DNA of 64,000 bases from Clostridiaceae bacterium (lineage in GTDB: Bacteria > Bacillota > Clostridia > Acetivibrionales > DTU013), in NCBI GenBank assembly GCA_012519745.1, contig JAAYPO010000081.1, forward strand, positions 5,096 to 69,095. The letters are read 5' to 3'. Shown piece after piece: positions 1 to 9,671 of the stretch. The number at the start of each line of letters is the position of its first letter. Within the stretch, counting starts at the first letter, position 1. The notes beneath the pieces were generated by a model, which had not been told where the DNA came from, did no database searches, and saw only the letters and a list, made by a program, of their open reading frames with translations. Position numbers and translations under genes: made by a program.

Positions 1-325
<325 letters not shown>

Positions 326-367
326 TTATTTGTTCTACAAAAATAATAAAATTCCTGCTGCTGCATT

Positions 368-395
368 AAAAAGGGAACATATTATGTATGCTCCC
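368..395 (-). terminator. Rho-independent terminator or attenuator between tsf and pyrH
   Basis: Minus strand reads GGGAGCATA-cataa-TATGTTCCC followed by TTTTT. The stem is 9 bp with one G-U pair. Confidence 0.6.
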
Positions 396-403
396 TCATT
401 AAT

Positions 404-1051
404 TTAACCGCCGATTTGCTTGGCCACTTCTTCAGCGAAGTTTTCATCTTTCTTTTCCAATCCTTCGCCTCTCTCAAAGCGGGCGAATCTCCGGATGCTT
501 ATGTTCTCACCGATCGCTGCGATCTTTTCTGTGACCAGCTGTTTGATCGTCTTATCGGGATCCTTGATCCAGGGCTGCTCCATCAGGCAGATCTCCTTGT
601 AGTACTTCTCGATCCTTCCCTCGACCATCTTCTCGATTATCTTCTCAGGCTTGCCTTCGTTTCTGGCCTGTGCCCTGAGGATGTTCATCTCTTTTTCAAG
701 CACGTCAGTGGGTACTTCCTCTCTTTTGACATACTCGGGCTTTGCAGCCGCTATCTGCATCGCTATATCCTTGACGAACTGCTTGAATTCCTCATTTGCA
801 GCAGCAAAGTCAGTCTCGATATTGACCTCTACAAGCACACCTATCCTGCCGTTGCCATGTATGTATGAATCAACAAGTCCTTCAGCTGCGATCCTGCCGG
901 CCTTCTTTGCTGCCGCGGCAAGTCCCTTTTCCCTCAAAAGCTCTATAGCCTTATCCAAATTGCCCTCAGCATCGGTCAGAGCTCTTTTGCAATCCATCAT
1001 CCCCGCACCGGTTCTCTCGCGGAGTTGTTTTACCATTTCAGCTGTAATCAT
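404..1051 (-). CDS. tsf: Translation elongation factor Ts (short form)
   Basis: [25 protein letters not shown] is the EF-Ts UBA-like N-terminus. GGAGG lies 7 nt upstream of the ATG at 1051. The track start at 1069 (TTG) overlaps this RBS. Confidence 0.93.
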   Translation of the reverse strand: MITAEMVKQLRERTGAGMMDCKRALTDAEGNLDKAIELLREKGLAAAAKKAGRIAAEGLVDSYIHGNGRIGVLVEVNIETDFAAANEEFKQFVKDIAMQIAAAKPEYVKREEVPTDVLEKEMNILRAQARNEGKPEKIIEKMVEGRIEKYYKEICLMEQPWIKDPDKTIKQLVTEKIAAIGENISIRRFARFERGEGLEKKDENFAEEVAKQIGG

Positions 1052-1200
1052 CCATATTCCTCCAAACAATAATAATCATATTATTGGCCATCTGATCGGC
1101 CCTTATTCTCAAACTGTTACATATTATCCCCCGGCTCCGTTCCCGGAACCGGGGTCATTTTCGATATCGCCAAGCCAGGTCCTCTCACGGACCACCGGGC

Positions 1201-2013
1201 TTATTGCTCTGCTTCCGCTGCCGGGCTTGCTTCTGCCTCTGCTGCAGGGCTCACTTCTGCTTCCGCTGTGGAAAGATCCTCTGTTTCGTTGATCTTCTCC
1301 TGGGCCTCAGGGCTTTCGTCGGACATTGATTCGCCCTGGCGTCCTTCGACAACAGCATCGGCCATTTTAGTTGCGATGAGCTTAACTGCTCTGATAGCAT
1401 CGTCATTACCGGGAATGACATAATCGACCTCATCAGGATCACAGTTGGTATCGACTATGGCTACCACTGGTATACCAAGCTTTCTTGCTTCGAGTATTGC
1501 ATTTCTTTCTTTTCTCGGGTCAACGATGAAAAGAGCACCCGGGAGCTTTTTCATGTTCTTGATACCGCCAAGGTACTTCTCGAGCTTTTCCATCTCGGCC
1601 TTGAGCTTGATGACTTCCTTCTTCGGAAGCACTTCAAACAAGCCATTCTGCTCCATGGTCTCCAGCTGGTTGAGTCTGCTGATCCTCTTCTGGATGGTTT
1701 TGAAGTTGGTGAGCATTCCGCCCAGCCATCTTGCGTTCACAAAAAACTGACCGCTTCTTTCGGCCTCTTCCCTGATGGAATCCTGCGCCTGCTTCTTTGT
1801 GCCGACAAACAGGACATCGCCGCCGTTCATTGCGACCTCTCTTACAAAGAAATAAGCTTCTTCAACTTTTTTTACTGTTTTCTGCAGGTCGATGATGTAG
1901 ATGCCGTTTCTCTCCGTAAAGATGTATTCGGCCATTTTGGGGTTCCATCTCCTGGTCTGGTGTCCGAAATGGACGCCTGCTTCCAGAAGCTGCTTCATTG
2001 AAATTACAGACAT
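1201..2013 (-). CDS. rpsB: 30S ribosomal protein S2 with an acidic Ala/Glu/Pro C-terminal extension
   Basis: [27 protein letters not shown] is an S2 signature. GGAGG RBS present. The tail carries AEAE(V/A)SPAAEAE repeats. Confidence 0.95.
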   Translation of the reverse strand: MSVISMKQLLEAGVHFGHQTRRWNPKMAEYIFTERNGIYIIDLQKTVKKVEEAYFFVREVAMNGGDVLFVGTKKQAQDSIREEAERSGQFFVNARWLGGMLTNFKTIQKRISRLNQLETMEQNGLFEVLPKKEVIKLKAEMEKLEKYLGGIKNMKKLPGALFIVDPRKERNAILEARKLGIPVVAIVDTNCDPDEVDYVIPGNDDAIRAVKLIATKMADAVVEGRQGESMSDESPEAQEKINETEDLSTAEAEVSPAAEAEASPAAEAEQ

Positions 2014-2117
2014 AGATATATCCTCCTTAAGTTTATACCACCACGGCTGTCATCCGGACGGAAGACCCATCGGCACTTATCCGCGCGTCCAACCGTGTGC
2101 GTATTTTATCGTTAGAT

Positions 2118-2146
2118 AGTATAACACACAGCAAAATAATTATCAA
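2118..2146 (-). promoter_or_regulatory. Sigma-A type promoter of rpsB-tsf
   Basis: Minus strand reads TTGATA, a 17 nt spacer, then TATACT, about 100 nt upstream of the rpsB ATG. Confidence 0.5.
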
Positions 2147-2199
2147 TCATTTAATATGAGAAAATGTTTGTTCAGCTTTTAAATGCCCAACCGTTCTGT

Positions 2200-3147
2200 T
2201 TAGGGCTTGTGCGCCTGAATGTAGGCTGCAGTCTTTCTTATCAGCCAGTATATATCAGTATCATCAGCCGCCTTCTCTACCCATTTTTGGGGTTCCCCGA
2301 TGATTTGGGGCACCGCTTTGTTCAAGATATCTACATATCCCTGGATCTCCACGATTTTTGCCGGTGGTTTACCGGGTCCATTGTCTGTTGTCGGATCGGG
2401 CGTCTGGTCTGGTTGACCAAGCTGCAGTATCCTGCCATATGTGCCGACGATTTTTGCAAGCTTATCCTCTGTGTTGACAGCCATCTCCCAATGCGAACCA
2501 TGCTCTACTATAAAAGGATGTTTTATCCCCATCTGGACCGGATTTCTGATTATCCCGAAATAGTCGGTCTGGGGATTGCCTGTCGAAGGCTTCGTCGCAG
2601 CTCCTCTAAACCTTAGCCCGATAGCCCGGGCTATTTCACCTCCGATATATTCTGCGATCTGCTTATCTCCAGGATGTCGGACGCTATAGAATACGATAAC
2701 TCCCGCGGCTGCCTCAGGAGCGTTTGTATGCAGGCTGATCAGTGTGTTGACACCAGCGTTGGCAGCAAGTTTGGAGCGCTCTGATAGTGTTATATTGCTG
2801 CCGGTTGTTCTTGTCAGGAATACGCCATATGCTTTTTGCAGCATGAGGCCCAGCTGCAGCATCACATCCCCTTCTCTGTATGTTCCCGGTCCAACATTTG
2901 CCCCTGCATGGTGACCGGGATCAAATCCCACTTTACCAAAGTTATACATAACGACTGCATCCCCATCTGCCGGAATTTTACGGCAGATAGTATGCCCACT
3001 CCCCTCTTCGCTGACTTTAATATCCCTATTCAAAATATTCAATACCAGTATTGTTGGTTCACGACATTTACCCCAACATTCTTCCAATGGATTGCAAAGC
3101 AACATCTGACGCTGTTTCATTTGCAATAGAAAAAAGGGAGGGAACAT
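2200..3147 (-). CDS. N-acetylmuramoyl-L-alanine amidase (Amidase_3 type) with an uncharacterised C-terminal domain; start uncertain
   Basis: GFDPGHHAGANVGPG...DVMLQLGL...NTLISLHTNA matches the Amidase_3 zinc-amidase pattern. No good RBS at the 3147 ATG, so an internal start (e.g. MYNFGKVGFDPGH, near 2949) is possible. Confidence 0.7.
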   Translation of the reverse strand: MFPPFFLLQMKQRQMLLCNPLEECWGKCREPTILVLNILNRDIKVSEEGSGHTICRKIPADGDAVVMYNFGKVGFDPGHHAGANVGPGTYREGDVMLQLGLMLQKAYGVFLTRTTGSNITLSERSKLAANAGVNTLISLHTNAPEAAAGVIVFYSVRHPGDKQIAEYIGGEIARAIGLRFRGAATKPSTGNPQTDYFGIIRNPVQMGIKHPFIVEHGSHWEMAVNTEDKLAKIVGTYGRILQLGQPDQTPDPTTDNGPGKPPAKIVEIQGYVDILNKAVPQIIGEPQKWVEKAADDTDIYWLIRKTAAYIQAHKP

Positions 3148-3151
3148 TGAT

Positions 3152-3372
3152 CACGTCTGGATGAATTTGCAAGTAAGGGCAGTGCCATGAAATCCTAGTG
3201 GATGAATTTGCAAGTAAGGGCATTAATTGTGATATACAATGGAGACATAATGTAAGGTATCGCGATTTATGTAATCTTTTTATGGATTATATGCAACAAA
3301 ATAGTTCATTACCCTACCCTTTCTTGAAAAATCATCCACTAGGATTCTCAACTTGCATTTTAGTCCACCCGG
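3152..3372. repeat. Dispersed repeat element, copy A (canonical orientation)
   Basis: Two direct arms TGGATGAATTTGCAAGTAAGGGCA at 3158-3181 and 3199-3222 (41 bp phase). A conserved core follows. An inverted arm CTTGAAAAATCATCCACTAGGATT lies at about 3323-3348, plus a degenerate second inverted arm at about 3352-3370. Confidence 0.85.
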
Positions 3373-3435
3373 ATAAATAGAAATGGACTGTACCTGTAAT
3401 TAGCGTTTCTCCTCTCTGTGGGATCGGATATGGAT

Positions 3436-3475
3436 AAAAAAAAAGAGGATGACCTTGTGTGGATCGGTCATCCTC
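3436..3475 (-). terminator. Rho-independent terminator of the 3499-4848 gene
   Basis: Minus strand reads GAGGATGACC, an 11 nt loop, GGTCATCCTC, then T9. The 10 bp stem is perfect. Confidence 0.85.
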
Positions 3476-3498
3476 CTGTCTCACTGTCCTAACTGTGC

Positions 3499-4848
3499 TT
3501 ATTGTCCTTCGGGTCTGTTGCTGATATCAATGGCCATGTCGCCGGAACCCAGTGAATTTTCCGGCCTGTTTTCACCACCCACAGCCATATTCTGGGCCTT
3601 CGCCCCGATGTTTGCCGGAGAGATCTGGTTGAGGTTATAGATATTGCCTACTGAATCCATATCCTTCTCAGAAACAGTATTGGCAACGATCTGACGCCCA
3701 TCCAAAAATCCCCGGATACCCTTTATTATCTCATCGAGGACAGCATCTGATTTATTCATATCCATAACATAGCGGGCTCTTTCAAGGTTGTAAGGACCCG
3801 TACATGCAAATGTGCAGGACGTGATCTCTGAAACGATCAGCCAGGGTGTGAAGGAAGTTCTGACAACAACGTTTTCACTTCTGGTCGAGTCGGTTATTGC
3901 CATACCAACGGATATTTTCGATTCCGTATAGGTGCCTTCCCCTTTAAAATGGATCAGGATGCTCTTGAAGTTGATTTCAGCCCATACGATATGGGCGATA
4001 TTTATGGCAATGGTTCCAAAGGACCATAAAAGCAGCGGAACAAAAAATGTTTCCATGATCGATGCGAACGAAGTCAGATCGGGCAGATCCCTGTTCTTCA
4101 GGAACAGCAGCAATGCAGACAGGCATACGAGCAGATGACCGTAAGCAGAGGTCACCAATCTCAGGATCGAATAGATCGCCGGGAATTTTATCTCCTCATG
4201 GATCGGCTGGGTCTCCTGGATGGTATCACCTTCAAAGCTGCCTTTATCGGTGCTTCCCTCCATGACCAGCTGCGGTTTCATCTCACGATATATCCTGTTC
4301 GGTATTTCTTTATATCTCGAATTTGCCATTTCCATGTCAAGACTTCTGAATATGTCTTTCGGATGCACATTCTCCTGCCAATGATCACGGTATTCTGAAA
4401 CCTCTGTCTTCGGATTGAGCATCTCCGCACGTTTCTTTGCTATGAACAGTGCATCGGCAATCGAAACGATCATTAGTATTACAACGAGCAGCAAATAAAC
4501 AGTCGGGTCCAGAGGGGCTTCAGGGATCACTGCCCCTTTCCTCAGCCTCAGCTCACAGATGACCGGAGCAATGACAGCCAGAGCCGTCATGATCAAAACA
4601 CCGTTCAGACTGACGGATTCTATCTTGAGTCTATTGACCCTTTTGATAGAAAGATTGTTAGGCTTCCAGATAATGAGCAATAAGACCGCAAGTATCAGAC
4701 CCATCCATTGCGGATACGATGAATCGGCCAGTTTTGTCAGCCCTACCGAGCCGGATAAAATAGCGATCAGATATATAATAAGGATCATTATGGAATATGC
4801 TGCCTTGTGAGCTATGACATGAACATAGTTCCTGATCGGGTAGGGCAA
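3499..4848 (-). CDS. Hypothetical multi-pass membrane protein (possibly the distal part of a frameshifted larger gene)
   Basis: 449 aa ORF with a TTG start. It has several hydrophobic helices in the N-terminal and central parts and a soluble C-terminal region. I recognise no family. Confidence 0.55.
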   Translation of the reverse strand: MPYPIRNYVHVIAHKAAYSIMILIIYLIAILSGSVGLTKLADSSYPQWMGLILAVLLLIIWKPNNLSIKRVNRLKIESVSLNGVLIMTALAVIAPVICELRLRKGAVIPEAPLDPTVYLLLVVILMIVSIADALFIAKKRAEMLNPKTEVSEYRDHWQENVHPKDIFRSLDMEMANSRYKEIPNRIYREMKPQLVMEGSTDKGSFEGDTIQETQPIHEEIKFPAIYSILRLVTSAYGHLLVCLSALLLFLKNRDLPDLTSFASIMETFFVPLLLWSFGTIAINIAHIVWAEINFKSILIHFKGEGTYTESKISVGMAITDSTRSENVVVRTSFTPWLIVSEITSCTFACTGPYNLERARYVMDMNKSDAVLDEIIKGIRGFLDGRQIVANTVSEKDMDSVGNIYNLNQISPANIGAKAQNMAVGGENRPENSLGSGDMAIDISNRPEGQ

Positions 4849-5249
4849 AAACAGGAATCTCGGAAAAACGCGAAGGTTGGGTTCTTTCTGCCCATCAGCA
4901 TCTGTTCAAGATGCTTTGATTCATACATCACCTCCGGTTCATTGGTAAGTGATTCACTCGGAGCAAAGTTTTGGGACAGGCTTGCCGGTATACCTCTGCC
5001 CACATAAAAACGGAAAATCTTCAACAGCCCGCTAAGAAAATATCTGATCCCGACCCCTAAAAGCAATATACTGATGATCAGGTTCACCCATCCTGCAGTC
5101 GAACCACTATCTAAAATGCGACTCCGGAGCGTCAGCAGCGATATTGCTCCGATAGCGGAACATACAGCTCCACTGGCCAAGGACAGTAGACCTTCCTTTT
5201 TAAAAGGGTTAGGAATATCGATTGAATCTGAACCGTATTGAAATGACAT
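4812..5249 (-). CDS. Hypothetical membrane protein (possibly the proximal part of the same gene as 3499-4848)
   Basis: 145 aa ORF with two hydrophobic segments. It overlaps the next ORF by 37 nt. The downstream ORF's frame stays open upstream to about 4906. Confidence 0.5.
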   Translation of the reverse strand: MSFQYGSDSIDIPNPFKKEGLLSLASGAVCSAIGAISLLTLRSRILDSGSTAGWVNLIISILLLGVGIRYFLSGLLKIFRFYVGRGIPASLSQNFAPSESLTNEPEVMYESKHLEQMLMGRKNPTFAFFRDSCFCPTRSGTMFMS

Positions 5250-5346
5250 TTTACGGCCCCCTCTTATGTAATTAGTACAATTTTACAATACTATTTTATT
5301 ATTGTCGAGAATATTAATAGTACAGGCAACATTTGAGAATTTTCTT

Positions 5347-5354
5347 CATATACT
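5347..5354 (+). promoter_or_regulatory. Candidate sigma-E/K type -10 element (CATATACT) upstream of sigK
   Basis: CATATACT resembles the mother-cell sigma -10 consensus CATACAnT. It lies about 35-40 nt upstream of the sigK start. This is a motif resemblance only. Confidence 0.25.
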
Positions 5355-5380
5355 TATACGGTGACTAATTTTTACGGGAG

Positions 5381-6100
5381 GTGCCTTGTTTGCTGCACTT
5401 CTTATTCACCATGCTGAATGAGGTCCTAGGCAGTATCATTTTTCAACTAGGCTATGTCTCGAATTCAAACTCGTTTCCACAGCCGCTTACAGCAGAAGAA
5501 GAGCAAAAATACATCGAAGCATATAAAGAAGGCAGCGAAGATGCCAGAAATACACTTATCGAAAGGAATCTGCGGTTGGTTGCACATATAGTGAAAAAAT
5601 ACAGCAGCTTCAGCAGCGACAGTGATGATCTCATCTCCATAGGTACCATCGGCCTCATCAAAGCCATATCGACCTTCGATCAGTCAAAGGGTACCCGGCT
5701 TGCAACATACGCTGCCCGCTGTATTGAAAATGAAATATTGATGCAGATTAGATCCACAAAAAAGATACAGAGCGAAGTATCTCTCCATGACCCAATTGGC
5801 ATAGACCGTGAGGGCAACGAAATCACACTGATCGACGTTATCGGAAATGAGACCGAATCAGTTATTGATGAAGTTGAACTAAAAATTCAGGTAAAGCGCC
5901 TGTACAATAAAATGAAGGCAGTATTGAAAAAACGTGAGAAAACAGTTTTGGAACTTCGCTACGGCCTTCTTAACGGAACGAGCAAAACTCAGCGTGAGAT
6001 AGCAGGTATGCTCGGCATATCCAGATCATATGTATCACGAATAGAAAAAAAAGCAATAAAAAAGCTCAGCAAGGAGCTTGAGCCGGAAAGCGGCAGATAA
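5381..6100 (+). CDS. sigK: RNA polymerase sporulation sigma factor, pro-sigma-K (uninterrupted)
   Basis: GYVSNSNSFPQPLTAEEEQKYIEAYKEG...ARNTLIERNLRLVAHIVKKY...LISIGTIGLIKAI...ATYAARCIENEILM...SLHDPIG.D.EGNEI.LIDV...TQREIA..LGISRSYVSRIEKKA matches B. subtilis SigK closely, including the pro-sequence. The start is probably the TTG at 5390, 8 nt after GGGAGG. Confidence 0.9.
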   Translation: MPCLLHFLFTMLNEVLGSIIFQLGYVSNSNSFPQPLTAEEEQKYIEAYKEGSEDARNTLIERNLRLVAHIVKKYSSFSSDSDDLISIGTIGLIKAISTFDQSKGTRLATYAARCIENEILMQIRSTKKIQSEVSLHDPIGIDREGNEITLIDVIGNETESVIDEVELKIQVKRLYNKMKAVLKKREKTVLELRYGLLNGTSKTQREIAGMLGISRSYVSRIEKKAIKKLSKELEPESGR

Positions 6101-6218
6101 AACAACAGGGCACGGGGTCATGATCATCTATCGGTCGATGGTTGAATGCCGGGGATCAAATAGTGAGTAGAAACCGCTGAAAAGGTGATAATCATGATTC
6201 CCCCGTCCCCTGGTATTT

Positions 6219-7532
6219 TTACTTGTCTTCTTCGCCTCTGGCGAGCTTTACATGAGAATCGGCCATCTCATAGCCGGCAGCCTGTGCACAGGATGTGTTC
6301 AGATCGAGAGCAGTCACTGCTGCCGCCGCTATCTCTGCCAGTCTCATAACATTTCTGTTATCGTCCACGCTCTTGCCGAAGCCTCCGCAGCCGATCAGCC
6401 TCAGGGCTTCCTTTGAGGTACCGAACATCGTACCTCCTCCAATGGTAGCAAGCTCCATACACGGCAGACTGACCATGAAATGGACACCATCGTCGGTTGC
6501 ATCAGCCTGTATGAAACAGCTTGAAGAGGATATGACATGAGCCAGATCCTGACCGGTAGCCGCATAAAACGCTGCGATAGCATTTGCCGCATTCACATTG
6601 AAGCCTGCGATAGTACCGCTGTAGCACGAGCCCAGATAGCATTTGTGGAAGACTACCTTTTCGACGCTTCTTGGGTTCACGCCTTTTTTAAATACGGCAC
6701 TAAGCACCTCTGTGGGGATAAACACCTCTGTCTCCACAGCTTTGCCGCGTCCCTTCAGAACATTGATGTGAGCCGACTTTTTGTCGGTGTCAAGATTGCT
6801 GCTGATGGTGATCAGCTTCCAGTCCGGCATCATAGAAAGAATATATCTGGTGATGTCTGCAGAAGCCTTTGTCACACCGTTCATTCCCATGGCGTCGCCT
6901 GTCTTGAACGCCATCCTCAGGAACACCTTCGTCCCAAGCTGGTACGGTTCGATATCCTCGAGGCGTACAAAGGGATCCTTTGACAGCTTTCCAAGCTGCT
7001 CGAATAATACCTTGTCGGTTTTGATCCTCTGGCAAAACTCCTGCGCCTTTATTATATCGGGAGCTTCAATCAAAGGCGCTCTGGTCATACCGTCATAGTG
7101 CACCAGTGTCCTCAGCCCTCCTGCCATGTTGATGGCCTTGATGCCCCGCTGCACTCCGGCAACAAGAGCTGCCTCATTTGTTGCCAGCGGTATATATACC
7201 TTCTCGTTGACATACTGGCCGTTGATCTGGATCGGTCCGGCCACTCCAAAGGGGATCGTAGCCGCTCCGATTTTTCCTTCTATCCCGGTCAGCAGTCTTT
7301 CACCGCCGACCAGTGTGGCATTGTCAAGCCTGGTGTTCTTGATCTGTTCAAGGGATACCCCTGTTGCTTCCTCTACAGATTCACAGCGTATCCTGGCGGC
7401 AGCATCACATGCGTCTGCCACCTTTACAGCATCTGAGCCGAATATCTCAGTGAATACGACTGTCTCCAGATGCTGGCTTTTGATTTCACCGGCTATATAT
7501 TTTGATTTGATATCCTTCAATCGATCGTTCAT
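6219..7532 (-). CDS. Hydroxymethylglutaryl-CoA reductase, soluble, class-I-like motifs
   Basis: IPFGVAGPIQINGQ...YIPLATNEAALVAG..RG and TGDAMGMNGV resemble the HMG-CoA reductase catalytic-domain motifs (GVAGP, ATTEG-like, DAMGMN). No membrane domain. Confidence 0.8.
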   Translation of the reverse strand: MNDRLKDIKSKYIAGEIKSQHLETVVFTEIFGSDAVKVADACDAAARIRCESVEEATGVSLEQIKNTRLDNATLVGGERLLTGIEGKIGAATIPFGVAGPIQINGQYVNEKVYIPLATNEAALVAGVQRGIKAINMAGGLRTLVHYDGMTRAPLIEAPDIIKAQEFCQRIKTDKVLFEQLGKLSKDPFVRLEDIEPYQLGTKVFLRMAFKTGDAMGMNGVTKASADITRYILSMMPDWKLITISSNLDTDKKSAHINVLKGRGKAVETEVFIPTEVLSAVFKKGVNPRSVEKVVFHKCYLGSCYSGTIAGFNVNAANAIAAFYAATGQDLAHVISSSSCFIQADATDDGVHFMVSLPCMELATIGGGTMFGTSKEALRLIGCGGFGKSVDDNRNVMRLAEIAAAAVTALDLNTSCAQAAGYEMADSHVKLARGEEDK

Positions 7533-7600
7533 TTTACCGTGCTCCTTCTTTGATTTATAGCGGTTGAAATGCTGCTTCCCTGATCAAGCCGCCGACTGTC

Positions 7601-8488
7601 TCAGCTGCATTTTTGATGGAGAAGAGTACTCAGTGTTTGTGCATAGCCGCCTGCCGCATTGATCTTCTCTTGATCTATGCCCGTATCGATCCCCATTCTG
7701 TGGAACATCTCAACGAGTACCTCTGTCTGACAGTTTCCTTTCGCACCCGGCGCATATGGACATCCTCCCAGACCTCCGGCGGCGCTGTCAAATATGGTTA
7801 TGCCTGCCTCAAGAGATGCCAGATTGTTGGCAAACTCCATGCCGAAGTACTTGTGATAATGAACCGCAAGATCGGCTGTGGTCAGCTTGTCCTTTATCAT
7901 CTTTGGTATCTCATATGCTGTTATTGGATTGGCCATTCCAGTGGTGTCTCCCAGCGAGATCTCATAAGATCCAAAGCTTTCCAGCGCCAGTGCAGTCTCC
8001 AGCGCAAGTTCCGGTGCCATGTGACCCTCTATGGGGCAGCCGAAAACTGTCGCGATATATGAGCGCACCTTTACTCCATGTTCCCTGGCAGTTTTATTGA
8101 TCCTTTCGATTTCCTTGAGAGACTCCTCCCTGCTCATGTTGAGGTTTTTCTTGTTGTGGCTCTCGCTTGTGCTCATTATGGTCACAACTTCCTTCAGCCC
8201 GCATTCTATAGCAAGCTCAAGGCCTCTCATGTTGGGTATCAACGCATTGTAGACAACTCCCTCCCTGCGTCTGATCCCTGCCACTACAGCCTTTGCATCC
8301 GCCATCTGAGGAACCCATTTGGGATGTACGAAGGAGGTCACCTCTATCCTTTGACAGCCTGCGTCAGTGAGCATGTTTACCAGCTCTATCTTCTTTTCCG
8401 TTGGGATAAACTCCGGCTCAGGCTGGAGTCCATCCCTTGGACCAACTTCAAAAATCGAAACTTGTTTTGGAAAAGCAGTTTTATCCAT
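7601..8488 (-). CDS. Hydroxymethylglutaryl-CoA lyase
   Basis: FEVGPRDGLQ...IEVTSFVHPKWVPQMADA...GLGGCPYAPGAKGN are HMG-CoA lyase (HMGL-like) signatures. The likely start is the ATG at 8488, preceded by GAGGGA. Confidence 0.85.
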   Translation of the reverse strand: MDKTAFPKQVSIFEVGPRDGLQPEPEFIPTEKKIELVNMLTDAGCQRIEVTSFVHPKWVPQMADAKAVVAGIRRREGVVYNALIPNMRGLELAIECGLKEVVTIMSTSESHNKKNLNMSREESLKEIERINKTAREHGVKVRSYIATVFGCPIEGHMAPELALETALALESFGSYEISLGDTTGMANPITAYEIPKMIKDKLTTADLAVHYHKYFGMEFANNLASLEAGITIFDSAAGGLGGCPYAPGAKGNCQTEVLVEMFHRMGIDTGIDQEKINAAGGYAQTLSTLLHQKCS

Positions 8489-8564
8489 GATATATCCCTC
8501 ATTTCCTGCCTGCATACTTTGCCTGTATACCTAGCCTGTATACCTGCACATGAATTTGACTTGA

Positions 8565-9599
8565 TTATGGTATAACTATTGCACGTCCGTTGATATTGTT
8601 GAACTCATCCAGCGCTTTCTGGTAGTCCTCCATTGGCACTTCCATCCCGATATATGCGGACGGGTCCACCTTACCGCTGTTGACAAGCCTCATCAGAAGC
8701 TCCCATGTTTTATACATATGCCTTCCGTAGATACCGGTGATCTTTATCTCCCGGTAGACCACGCGATACATATAGCTGCTGATGGCAAGCTCTGCACCGA
8801 CCATCCCCACATGTACAAGGGTTCCGGCAGTTGCCAGAGCATCGATGGCCTGATTTATGACCTTGGTGTTTCCGGTGAAATCGATGACACAATCGACACC
8901 AACACCGTTTGTCAGCTCTTTTGCGGTTTTTACAAGATCATCCTTCATACCGTTCAATGCAATATCTGCTCCGACCTTCAGACTGTATGCCAGCCTGTTT
9001 TCATTCACATCCATTGAAATGACCTTTACCGCTCCCAGGGCTTTTGCCAGCTCACAGGCCATGAGTCCTATGGTGCCCACGCCCAATATCGCTACGATCT
9101 TGCCGCTGGGTTCTGCCTTTTGCAAAGCATGCAGGGCCGTGCCCATAGGTTCCATGAGCGCCATCTGTTTAAAGTCAGCATCGTCCTGAAGCTTTATGGC
9201 CGAGACCTCAGGAAGCCTGATGTATTCAGCGAAGCAGCCATCAACATTCCGTCCCAGCACTCCCATGTTGTTTGTACAGATATGCTGATTGTCGGTCCGG
9301 CATTCATGGCAGTAACCGCATGGAATGTGAGTTTCGCCGGCAACACGATCTCCGGGCTTGAAATTCTTCACCAGCTTGCCCACCGCCTCAACTTCACCGG
9401 AAAACTCATGGCCGAGAGTAAACGGAAGGCTGTAGTTTGTGGATGCCACCAGCGGAGTCCATTCGAATACTTCCATATCGGATTTGCACATGGCTGCGGC
9501 CCTTACTCTTATGAGAAGATCGTGCTCACCTATCTCCGGTATCGGTATATCGACGATTTCCGCTCCTTCTCCTGGTTTTGTTTTTCTCAAAGCTTTCAT
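8565..9599 (-). CDS. Zinc-dependent alcohol/polyol dehydrogenase (MDR family; threonine or sorbitol dehydrogenase-like)
   Basis: GHEFSGEVEAVG, a CGYCHECR structural-zinc Cys cluster, and a GVGTIGL Rossmann motif. Confidence 0.85.
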   Translation of the reverse strand: MKALRKTKPGEGAEIVDIPIPEIGEHDLLIRVRAAAMCKSDMEVFEWTPLVASTNYSLPFTLGHEFSGEVEAVGKLVKNFKPGDRVAGETHIPCGYCHECRTDNQHICTNNMGVLGRNVDGCFAEYIRLPEVSAIKLQDDADFKQMALMEPMGTALHALQKAEPSGKIVAILGVGTIGLMACELAKALGAVKVISMDVNENRLAYSLKVGADIALNGMKDDLVKTAKELTNGVGVDCVIDFTGNTKVINQAIDALATAGTLVHVGMVGAELAISSYMYRVVYREIKITGIYGRHMYKTWELLMRLVNSGKVDPSAYIGMEVPMEDYQKALDEFNNINGRAIVIP

Positions 9600-9671
9600 A
9601 TCAAATTTCTCCCATGAATCAATATTTGCGCGTCGGACCTCTGCCTCCGCAGTATCTGGCAGAATACCCGG

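Noticed and set aside
1201-1290. AEAE(V/A)SPAAEAE repeat at the C-terminus of ribosomal protein S2.
   Set aside because: Acidic low-complexity C-terminal extensions of S2 are common in several bacterial lineages, so this is not evidence of anything unusual.
5381-6100. A skin-like intervening element in sigK, given the SpoIVCA-like recombinase in the window.
   Set aside because: sigK is a continuous 239-aa ORF that matches full-length pro-sigma-K. The recombinase lies 49 kb away and is not associated with it.
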